NCBI GenBank assembly: GCA_963796455.1
Contig: CAWCLO010000004.1
Location: 672,001 to 736,000 of the forward strand
Source of the DNA: Candidatus Sulfomarinibacteraceae bacterium
Lineage (GTDB): Bacteria; Acidobacteriota; Thermoanaerobaculia; Thermoanaerobaculales; Sulfomarinibacteraceae
DNA length: 64,000 nt
Direction: 5' to 3'
Of this stretch, positions 12,758-20,875 are shown in pieces (the stretch's first letter is position 1; the number at the start of each line of letters is the position of its first letter). The notes below the pieces were generated by a model. The model worked only from the letters and a program-made list of their open reading frames with translations, was not told where the DNA came from and searched no databases. The position numbers and the translations under genes are program-made.

Positions 12758-13295
12758 GGGTGCCAGCTCCCGGACAGCCGCGATGGCATTTCGTTCTCCG
12801 ATTTCTGATCGACTGGGCGTTGATCGCATCTGCCTGACAGGGGTGTTTGTCGGGCCGTCCGCCCTGGTCGGCCTTGTCGGCCCGGCGATGGTCTGGGAAT
12901 TCGTTCATGCGTTTTACGGACTGTTCTTGAGCAACCTGCGGGTGGCGAAAGGCTCCCTGATGAGCTGGATTTTCGTCGCTTCAGTCTCGATTGTGGTTGT
13001 GATTTATGCCTTCGCCGTCAATGGCTGGGTTGTGCTGACCTTTGCAGTGCTTTCGACTCGGTATCTGCTTGCAGGTAATGCCGGGCAAATTCAGTCTGCT
13101 TTTGCCGACACTGTGCAGTATGTCTTTGCCGTCTTTCCAGCCGGCTTCCTCGCCTACGTGGCCACGCAGACGGCTGACCTGACGATGGCACAGGGCGTTG
13201 TCCTCTTTGCCGGGCTCTATTTCCTGGCGCGCTGGTTTTTTTCGAACTACTGGGATCCGTACCGCTGGCTCGGGGTCGACTGGCATCCAGGCTGA
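12758..13295 (+). pseudogene. Multi-pass membrane protein, 5'-truncated or frameshifted
   Basis: Hydrophobic ICLTGVFVGPSALV...WFFSNYWDPYRWLGVDWHPG. Upstream RWHFVLRFLIDWALIA lies in a different frame (shift near 12826). Confidence 0.5.
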
Positions 13296-13312
13296 ACCAA
13301 TTCGAAGATGGT

Positions 13313-13332
13313 CGGCACCCATGTGGCACCCA
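13313..13332. repeat. TGGCACCC doublet (11-bp period)
   Basis: cggcaccc-atg-tggcaccca. Confidence 0.8.
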
Positions 13333-13390
13333 AGCCGAGCCTCCGCTATCCTCTGCGTTGCCGTGTGCGCCCGGATCCGGAGGTCAAATC

Positions 13391-14170
13391 ATGCTGATCC
13401 TATTGTCCCCAGCCAAGAGTCTCGTCGAAGGACCTGCCGTCGACGGCCTGCCTGCCACCCAACCGGTTTTGCTCGATCAGACCGAAACACTGATGAAAAC
13501 GACTCGTCGTCTGAGCGCACCCAAGATCAAAAAACTGATGGGCGTCAGCGACCGACTCTCGGTCCTGAACCGCCAGCGCTTCCGGGATTGGACGACGCCC
13601 TTCACGACTGAAAATGCACGCCAGGCCGCGCTGATGTTCAGTGGAGATGTATACCGCGGTTTCGACGCAGCCACCCTCAGCGTCGAGGATCTCGCTTTTG
13701 CCCAGGACCACCTGGTGATCCTTTCCGGCCTTTACGGCGCCCTGCGTCCACTGGACCTGATCCAACCCTATCGCCTCGAGATGGGCACCCGGCTTAATAC
13801 GAGACGTGGCAAAGACCTCTATGCCTTCTGGGGCCGGCGCATCACGGACCGATTGAATGAGCTCACCGAGGGGCAGGAAGATCGCACCGTCGTCAACCTG
13901 GCCTCAAAGGAATACTTCAAAGCGGTCCAGCCTGAAAAACTCGCCGGTCCTCTCGTCACCCCGGTCTTCAAAGACGTCAAGGACGGCAAAGCACGATTCC
14001 TGTCATTCTTTGCCAAAGCGACCCGCGGCAAGATGGCGCGGTGGGCGATCCAGAATCGCATGTCCACGAAGGATCAACTGCGTGCCTTCGATGGCGGCGG
14101 CTACGTGTTGCAACCCGAACTCTCCGACGAGACGCACTGGGAGTTTCACCGCCCCGGAGTGAATTGCTGA
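13391..14170 (+). CDS. yaaA: Peroxide stress protein YaaA (UPF0246)
   Basis: GGAGG RBS; MLILLSPAKSL, FSGDVYRG, LSGLYGALRPLDLIQPYRLEMGT, VNLASKEY and SFFAKATRG. Confidence 0.93.
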   Translation: MLILLSPAKSLVEGPAVDGLPATQPVLLDQTETLMKTTRRLSAPKIKKLMGVSDRLSVLNRQRFRDWTTPFTTENARQAALMFSGDVYRGFDAATLSVEDLAFAQDHLVILSGLYGALRPLDLIQPYRLEMGTRLNTRRGKDLYAFWGRRITDRLNELTEGQEDRTVVNLASKEYFKAVQPEKLAGPLVTPVFKDVKDGKARFLSFFAKATRGKMARWAIQNRMSTKDQLRAFDGGGYVLQPELSDETHWEFHRPGVNC

Positions 14171-14280
14171 TGGGTGAGGGGTGGGTCTTCAACTTTGTTG
14201 CCGGTGACGAGGGCTCGATCGACCGGATCGACTTCGAGTCGGATGGTCTGACCATGATCGTGAAACGCGTTGGAGAATAG
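14170..14280 (+). pseudogene. Short 3' gene remnant (C-terminal beta segment, DUF3471-like)
   Basis: MGEGWVFNFVAGDEGSIDRIDFESDGLTMIVKRVGE* abuts the yaaA stop and is followed by a motif doublet. Confidence 0.4.
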
Positions 14281-14291
14281 TCGGGGAACGG

Positions 14292-14315
14292 CCAGGGTGC
14301 GCCTCCAGGGTGCCA
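14292..14315. repeat. GGGTGCCA-family doublet
   Basis: ccagggtgcgcctccagggtgcca; exact copy at 14308. Confidence 0.75.
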
Positions 14316-14328
14316 ATGAATCTCTCGA

Positions 14329-14778
14329 CTATCGTTGGTTGCTGTTGTCCATGTCCGACATGATCATCCAGCGGCCGTCAGGGTCTTTATGCAAGGTGAG
14401 CGTGAACTTTCCGATATCGGGTTCGCCGCTGTGCCGCGAAAACCCTCCAATGATATAGCCCAGCGAACCTTCTGTCGCGAAAGCAAGTGCCCGGAGCACA
14501 AGCGCGCCGCCGCTATTTTTGTAGCGAAGTTCGATCTTTTTCCTGCCCCGGACCGGCGGCCTTCCACTCGAGAGGACAAAGCCATCTTCGGTGAAAAGGG
14601 CTGCAAGGGCTTTTTCGTCTTTGGCCCGCCAGGCTTCCTCGTAGTCAGTGAGAACGCGAGCGAGTTCCGGGGGGAGCGAGATCGTCGGCTCGGATGGTTC
14701 CTCTGCGCCACACACCGCGCCGCACCCGACCACCAAGGCCGCAGAAACGGCCACCAAAACCGGACCAACACTCTTCAT
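14329..14778 (-). CDS. Exported NTF2-like (DUF4440/YybH) protein
   Basis: Signal/lipobox LVVGC; YEEAWRAKD...LAALFTEDG, PVRGRKKI and GKFTLTLHKDPDGRWMI. Confidence 0.85.
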   Translation of the reverse strand: MKSVGPVLVAVSAALVVGCGAVCGAEEPSEPTISLPPELARVLTDYEEAWRAKDEKALAALFTEDGFVLSSGRPPVRGRKKIELRYKNSGGALVLRALAFATEGSLGYIIGGFSRHSGEPDIGKFTLTLHKDPDGRWMIMSDMDNSNQR

Positions 14779-14840
14779 TTTTCCCCTCCGCCTCTTTCTC
14801 TACAGTGCCGCGGCGGCGCCGATGTGGGAACCGGAAAAGA

Positions 14841-14864
14841 GGGCGCCACACTCGAGTGGCACCC
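14841..14864. repeat. Mini-palindrome GGGCGCCAC-ACTCGA-GTGGCACCC
   Basis: Inverted motif pair with a 6-bp spacer between the two NTF2-like genes. Confidence 0.8.
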
Positions 14865-14873
14865 ACGCAATTT

Positions 14874-15239
14874 CTAGCTTTCCACGTGGAAGAGTTTGTT
14901 GTAGATCCGCCACTGACCGTCGGTGTTGAGGAGCGACAGAGTGTCCAGGAAGGTCATGCCCAGGTAGTCGTCGCGCACCCGGGCGACTGCTGTCTTCCCG
15001 GCGATGTCGAGCGAGACGACTTCGAGCCGTGCGTTCTCCCCCTTCTCCCGGGGAGAGGGCTGCTGACTTTCCACGAAACCGGCGAAATCGACCACCGACA
15101 TCTCGTGCAGCTCGCCGTTGATCTCGCCGGTGATCTTGGCATTTGGATGGAATGCTGAGTGGGCCTTCTCGCCGCTCGACTCGAACATGGAGTCGAAGTA
15201 GGTCTGGATCGTGTCCTTGATTGCTTGCTCGTCGCTCAT
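14874..15239 (-). CDS. NTF2-like (Lumazine_bd_2-type) protein
   Basis: GGAGG RBS; AIKDTIQTYFD, AFHPNA, IAGKTAVARV and FLDTLSLLNTDGQWRIYNKLF. Confidence 0.87.
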   Translation of the reverse strand: MSDEQAIKDTIQTYFDSMFESSGEKAHSAFHPNAKITGEINGELHEMSVVDFAGFVESQQPSPREKGENARLEVVSLDIAGKTAVARVRDDYLGMTFLDTLSLLNTDGQWRIYNKLFHVES

Positions 15240-15386
15240 TTCTCACCTCCGGAATCGTGGATATTAATATTGTTGTTTTGTTTCGCAACCGACGAGAGCT
15301 GATGGGAATTCCCCAATCACCCAACCCGCACACCACATCTGAAGGTATGTACGTGGAATCCATGCGATCCAGGACAGAAAGGGTAT

Positions 15387-16521
15387 TCAGGTTCCGGTGA
15401 TTCGGCCCAGCGCCTCGGCCAAAGGTGCGACTGCGCGGTCCGAGTCGCCCAACTTCTCCAGGCCGAACAAGCCCACACGAAACGTGCGGAAATCGGACGG
15501 TTCATCGCACATCAACGGGACACCGGCTGCGATTTGCAGGCCCTGTGCAAGGAACTTGCTGCCGTTCTGGATTTCCGGATCGTCCGTGTAATAAACGACC
15601 ACACCTGGCGCCTGGTAGCCTTCGTCGGCAACACTTTTGAAGCCGTGGCTCTGCAGAAGCTCACGGACTTTCTTACCCAGTTCCCACTGTTTTTCACGCA
15701 TGGTTTCGAGCCCGTAGGAACAGGTCTCCATCATGTTGTCCCGAAACGTTTTCAGTGCGTCGGTTGGAAGTGTTGCATGGTAGGCATGTCCGCCGTTTTC
15801 ATAGGCTCGCATGATGTCGAGCCATTTCCGCAGGTCACAGGCGAAGCTGTTGCTGGTGGTTTTGCCAACTCGTTCCAGTGCGTTCTCGCCCAGCATGACG
15901 AGGGCACCGCATGGAGAGGAACTCCATCCTTTTTGAGGGGCGGTGATCAACACGTCAACACCGCTGGCTTTCATATCGACCCACACACAACCGGAAGCGA
16001 CACTATCAAGAACAAATAAACCACCATGTTCATGAACGGCTTCGGCAACGGCGCGGATGTATTCATCCGGCAGGATCATGCCCGAGGACGTGTCCACGTG
16101 CGGCGCAAAAACGACATCCGGTTTTTCGAGTCGGATCGTATCCGTCACTTCGCCGATGGCGGGTGGCACGAACGGCGCCTCTGGTCCGGCAGCCCTCTGC
16201 CGGGCCTGCAGAACGGTGAGTCTCGTCGGTGAGGCCGCCCATCTCAATGATCTGAGACCAGCGGAAACTGAAAAAACCATTTCGGATCACCAGGCACTTC
16301 TGACCGGTGGCGAACTGGCGGGCAACCGACTCCATCCCGTAGGTGCCGCCACCCGGCACGACGATCACAGCCTCAGCGTTGTAAACGTCCTTGAGGGTGG
16401 TTGAAATATCCCTCATCACCTGCTGGAAAGTCTGTGACATGTGGTTCAGGGAGCGGTCGGTGAACACGACCGAGTATTCGAGCAGTCCTTCCGGATCAAC
16501 CTCAGGCAACAAGCTGGTCAT
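15387..16521 (-). CDS. Class V PLP aminotransferase (alanine-glyoxylate/serine-pyruvate type); frameshift near 16220
   Basis: GLLEYSVVFTDRSLNHMS, VPGGGTYGMESVARQ and RNGFFSFRW in one frame; HVDTSSG, LDSVASG, TAPQKGW (PLP lysine) and FRVGLFGLEKL in another. Confidence 0.88.
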
Positions 16522-16613
16522 TCGCGGGTTCCTCCTTGAGTTTTCTGGGTGGTCAAACGCAATGATCTCTTCAGGTTCACCCAGGAAACGCGGTTCTTCA
16601 TCGCCAGTATTGT

Positions 16614-16751
16614 AGTGGTACCCGTGGGAAGCTGCCCGACGTTTTCGGGGCGCCCGCTGTTTTCGCCAGGGCACCGATGTTCGCTACCACCCTCGATCGT
16701 CGACCCCCACATTGGCCCTGCTCCGTTGTAATGTTGTGATCAGTGCCACCC
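16614..16751. repeat. Motif variants and a third right arm of the hairpin element
   Basis: tggtaccc 16616; gggcaccgatg near 16669; cgttgtaatgttgtgatcagtgccaccc 16724-16751 resembles cattgtgaggttgtgatcagtggcaccc at 7981-8008. Confidence 0.7.
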
Positions 16752-16811
16752 GAGCATGGACAGTAACCTTTCGTTACCCGTCGGGTATGATCACCCCCAG
16801 GGAGAAAGTCC

Positions 16812-19541
16812 ATGGCCCAGTGTCCATCATGCTCGGCGGAAATACCGGAGAGTTCGAACAGCTGTCCGAGCTGCGGTGCGGATCTTGATCTCTCGTCGCT
16901 GATGACCGAGACCGGGCTCTCCCAGGATGGAGTCCCCACGCAACCGCCGACGCCGGGACCGCAATCAGGCCCCTCGGCCGTAGGAATCACGAGCGATCTC
17001 CAGGGAGACGGCGACGAGCACCAACCCGGCACCATTCTCGGCGGGAGGTACCGTGTGGTTGGATTGCTCGGGCGCGGCGGCATGGGTTCGGTATATCGGG
17101 CCGATGATCTCACCCTCGGGCAGCCGGTCGCGCTGAAGTTTCTTCCCGATGAACTGGCCGCCAATCTCGATCGTCTCGAGCGTTTCCGGGCCGAGGTCCG
17201 GGTCTCCCGCCAGGTGTCCCACGCCAACGTCTGCCGCGTTCACGACATCGGTGAAGCCGACGGCAAGATCTTTCTTTCCATGGAACTGGTGGATGGAGGA
17301 GATCTCTCGTCGCTGCTCAAGCGGGTCGGTCGCCTGCCCACCGATCGCGGTCTGGAGATCGCCCGCCAACTCTGCGCGGGGCTGGCGGCGGCGCACGACC
17401 GCGGTGTGCTTCACCGCGACCTCAAACCGGCCAACGTGATGATCGACGCAGAAGGTCGGGTTCGAATCGCCGACTTCGGGTTGGCGGGAATCGCCGGCGG
17501 GTTCGAAGGATCCGAGATTCAAAGCGGAACGCCCGCCTATATGGCCCCTGAAACCCTGAGTGGGCGAGAGGTCACCACCCGATCCGACATCTACGCTCTG
17601 GGGCTGGTCCTGTACGAGCTTTTCACGGGAGCCAGGGCTTTCCGCGGCGCGAGTATCGCCGAACTCACCAAAAAGCACACCGAAGAGTCGGCCACCGATC
17701 CAACCGCGATCATCGGCGATCTCGACCCTCAGATCGAACGCGTGATCCTGCAATGCCTCGAGAAGGACCCGCTGGCGAGGCCCGAATCCGCGTTGGCCGT
17801 GGCGATGGCGCTGCCCGGCGGCGACCCGCTGGCCGCGGCCCTGGCCGCCGGTGAAACTCCGTCTCCCGAACTGGTTGCCCAGGCGGGGGCCGAGGGAACC
17901 CTCAAACCCTGGCAAGGCTGGGCCCTCCTGGCCTCGGTTGTGGTCTCTCTTCTTGCGTTTGTCGCCGCCAGCTCGTACCGGCATATCCTTTTTTTCGAGC
18001 CCATGGATCGCCCACCCGAAGTGCAGCTCGATCGGGCCGTCGAGTTGCTGACCACTCTCGGACTCGATGTTCCGACCACCGATCGGATCACGGGCTTTTC
18101 AGCCGACTTCAATATCCTCCGCGAGATCAACAATGACGGGGCCTCGCCTGAAGAACTTGACGCGCTTTCCGAAGGTGAGATCTCGGTGATCGGGTTCTGG
18201 CTCAGGGCGGCGCCATCGGAATTGGTGGCCGAGCGCATCTCAGGTCGGGTGTCGAGGACGCGACCGGCGCGAAACATGGCCGGCGAGCTCTTCGCCTCAT
18301 TCGACAGCCACGGTCGACTGCGTTTTCTCGACGTCGTGCCCGACGAAATGATGGCGTCAGATGGCTCGTCCCCGATGAACACCACAGAGGAGGCCTGGCA
18401 GGGCGTGTTGGCAGCGGCGGGTCTCGATTCCCAGGCATTTGAAGAGTCGATACCGCTTTGGTCTCCGCCCCGGTTTATCGACGAGCTTCGCGCCTGGTCA
18501 TTGCGGGGAGTGGGAGAAGGGGATCTCGCCGTCAATCGGATCGAGGTCGGGAGTCGATCCGGACGACCGGTTTATCTGCGGACCGGAACCTCCCTCGACG
18601 AGGCGGTGGGCCGATCGGCCTCGACCCGCGGATCAGACCTCGGACAGGCATTGAATGCCGGGCTCATCGTGGTGGTTTTGATCGTCGGTGGCCTCATCGC
18701 GCGCCGGAACCTACGCCGCGGTCGAGGAGATTTGCGGGGGTCGTGGCGCATGGCGGGGTTCGTATTCGCCCTCGGAATGACAAGCTGGTTGGTCTCGGCT
18801 CACCATGCTTTCGGCGCCGGCAGGGAGTTGAATCTTTTTGTGCTCGCGGCGGGCGGTTCGTTGTTCATTGCGGGTTTTGTGTGGTTGCTCTACGTCGCTC
18901 TCGAACCCGAGGTCCGGCGGCATTGGCCCAAACGCCTCATCTCCTGGCAGCGTATGTTGGCCAGGAGCTATCGCGATCCCTTGGTAGGACGGCACGTGCT
19001 GGTGGGTCTTCTCATCGGAACCAGCATGAATCTGCTTGTTGCGTTGATTGCCATCGTCTCCTCGATGCTCAATACTTCAGCCCTCGAACTCAGCGCGTCC
19101 GGGATGGCTCACCTGACCGGAACCGGGTTCGTGGTCGGGTCGGTTCTGGCCCAGGCCGGCCAGGCGATCTTCGCCGGCGTCTTCATCACGGTACTCGTCC
19201 TTCTCGTGAGACTCGTCCTGCGTCGGACCTGGGCCGCGGTGGCATTGTCTGTAGCAATTATTGTCGCGATGAATGTGCTCGGGTCGGAGGACCCATTCTG
19301 GGACGGTTTGGCCTCGACGGTCATCCTCGCCGCGGTCATGGCTGCGCTCCTTCGTTTTGGTCTGCTTTCTCTGATTGCTGTCGTCTTTGTCGTCAACGTT
19401 CTCCAGGTCATCCCGCAGACTATATCCCTGTCGGCGTGGTATTTTCCGGCGACAGCGATTCCGGTGCTCGTCGTGCTGGCTCTCGCGGCAGCCGCGTTCG
19501 CGGCCTCCCTCGGCCGCCAGTCGTGGTTCGGCTCAGACTAG
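16812..19541 (+). CDS. Hanks-type Ser/Thr protein kinase with N-terminal zinc ribbon and C-terminal multi-TM region
   Basis: CPSC...CPSC; GRGGMGSVY, VALK, HRDLKPAN, DFG, GTPAYMAPE and SDIYALG; extracytoplasmic loop followed by many hydrophobic helices. Confidence 0.93.
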   Translation: MAQCPSCSAEIPESSNSCPSCGADLDLSSLMTETGLSQDGVPTQPPTPGPQSGPSAVGITSDLQGDGDEHQPGTILGGRYRVVGLLGRGGMGSVYRADDLTLGQPVALKFLPDELAANLDRLERFRAEVRVSRQVSHANVCRVHDIGEADGKIFLSMELVDGGDLSSLLKRVGRLPTDRGLEIARQLCAGLAAAHDRGVLHRDLKPANVMIDAEGRVRIADFGLAGIAGGFEGSEIQSGTPAYMAPETLSGREVTTRSDIYALGLVLYELFTGARAFRGASIAELTKKHTEESATDPTAIIGDLDPQIERVILQCLEKDPLARPESALAVAMALPGGDPLAAALAAGETPSPELVAQAGAEGTLKPWQGWALLASVVVSLLAFVAASSYRHILFFEPMDRPPEVQLDRAVELLTTLGLDVPTTDRITGFSADFNILREINNDGASPEELDALSEGEISVIGFWLRAAPSELVAERISGRVSRTRPARNMAGELFASFDSHGRLRFLDVVPDEMMASDGSSPMNTTEEAWQGVLAAAGLDSQAFEESIPLWSPPRFIDELRAWSLRGVGEGDLAVNRIEVGSRSGRPVYLRTGTSLDEAVGRSASTRGSDLGQALNAGLIVVVLIVGGLIARRNLRRGRGDLRGSWRMAGFVFALGMTSWLVSAHHAFGAGRELNLFVLAAGGSLFIAGFVWLLYVALEPEVRRHWPKRLISWQRMLARSYRDPLVGRHVLVGLLIGTSMNLLVALIAIVSSMLNTSALELSASGMAHLTGTGFVVGSVLAQAGQAIFAGVFITVLVLLVRLVLRRTWAAVALSVAIIVAMNVLGSEDPFWDGLASTVILAAVMAALLRFGLLSLIAVVFVVNVLQVIPQTISLSAWYFPATAIPVLVVLALAAAAFAASLGRQSWFGSD

Positions 19542-19621
19542 ATAGGGAGTGCCGCCCGAATCGACACGTGCTTTTTTCAGGACGGCACCATGGTGGAGCC
19601 AGAGCGCAGGCACCTCACGTA

Positions 19622-20704
19622 TCAGCGCACGGCGTCGAAAATGTGCGTGTAGAGGAATTCGATCGGAGCGTTCTGCTCCTGCCGGCCTCGGGCGCCGGCG
19701 GTGACCACGACGACCATGTCAAGCTCGGGTGCGACAAAGATGTACTGGCCCTTGAAGCCGAATGCGCCGTAGACATCCTGCGTGCCGCTACCCCCGGGAG
19801 CCGGGGGCAGTACCCACCACCAATAGCCGTAACCGACGACCCGGTCACGCTGACCCTCGAGCTCGACCTGTCGTGACAGTGAGTCTGCGACCCAGGAGGT
19901 AGGCAGGATTTGTTTGCCGTCCCAACGCCCCTTTTGCAGGTACAACAGCCCGAGCTTGGCCATGTCCTTGGAGCGGAGGTGCAAACCACCCCCGGTATGC
20001 GGGTGCCCCTCGGCGTTGCGATACCAGCGGCTCTGCTCGATTCCCATTGGCGCGAACAGGTATTTTTCAGCAAAGGCGTCGGCGTGCATGCCGGTGCGCT
20101 CTTTGAGGATCGCGGAGGTCAGGATCACCGCTCCCGAGTCATAGCGAAAGCTCGTTCCGGGCTCAGCGATCATGGGTCGATCGAGAATGAACTTCGTCCA
20201 TCCCCGGCTCAGGCGGTTGAGCTGAAAATGAGGGGAGTCCGAACCGCGCTCGTGATAGTCCGTGCCGCTGCGCATGGTCAGCAGATCTTCGAGAGTTATC
20301 TCTCGCTTGCGCTCATCCAGGTTTTCGATGTCGTCGATTTCGGGAAAGAAGGCCAGGGCCCTCTCGTCCACCCCCTCGATCTTGCCTTGGCTGATGGCGA
20401 TACCGACGAGGGCCGAGGTGAAACTCTTGCTGACCGATTGCTGCTCGTGAAGCTCCTCGGCGCCGTGCCCGTTGAAGTACTCCTCGAGCACGAGCCGCCC
20501 GTTGCGAACGATCAGCAGACTGTGAATGTTGCGGATCTCGTTCTTACGCAGAGCTGCGACGAGGTTGTCGAGGCGTTCGCCGTCCAGACTCTGCTCGGCG
20601 GGAGTCGAGCGGATCCAGGACTCGGTCGGCCGGGGTGACTCCCCGGAGGCAGGAATGCAGGCCGAACAAACCAGGACGACCAGCAGGATTGCGGATCGGA
20701 TCAT
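19622..20704 (-). CDS. Serine hydrolase (class C beta-lactamase/6-aminohexanoate-dimer hydrolase family), exported
   Basis: SVSK (SxxK), LLTMRSG, FRYDS, GYGYWWW and GFKGQYIFV; signal peptide. Confidence 0.9.
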   Translation of the reverse strand: MIRSAILLVVLVCSACIPASGESPRPTESWIRSTPAEQSLDGERLDNLVAALRKNEIRNIHSLLIVRNGRLVLEEYFNGHGAEELHEQQSVSKSFTSALVGIAISQGKIEGVDERALAFFPEIDDIENLDERKREITLEDLLTMRSGTDYHERGSDSPHFQLNRLSRGWTKFILDRPMIAEPGTSFRYDSGAVILTSAILKERTGMHADAFAEKYLFAPMGIEQSRWYRNAEGHPHTGGGLHLRSKDMAKLGLLYLQKGRWDGKQILPTSWVADSLSRQVELEGQRDRVVGYGYWWWVLPPAPGGSGTQDVYGAFGFKGQYIFVAPELDMVVVVTAGARGRQEQNAPIEFLYTHIFDAVR

Positions 20705-20742
20705 GATCAGAAGATACGGCCTAGGGCATCCTCGGGTTTACC

Positions 20743-20766
20743 TGGGTGTCACGATGGTGGCACCCA
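20743..20766. repeat. Mini-palindrome TGGGTGTCAC-GATG-GTGGCACCCA
   Basis: Inverted motif pair between the divergent serine hydrolase and lipase genes. Confidence 0.8.
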
Positions 20767-20875
20767 AACTTGCTCTGAAACCATTGACCGTCGTCTGAAG
20801 AGCATGGAATCGAATCCTCCGGGGTGTGTTAGTCTCCGCACGAAAACCTTCCAGAAGATGAGAACGGAGCCTGAA

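Noticed and set aside
19622..20704. Antibiotic-resistance beta-lactamase
   Set aside because: YDS and AFG replace the AmpC YxN and KTG motifs; more like an esterase or amide hydrolase.
3680..20766. CRISPR or other guide array built from the TGGCACCC repeats
   Set aside because: The core is only 8-13 bp, occurs in both orientations, spacing ranges from 2 bp to kilobases, and no cas-like gene was recognised.
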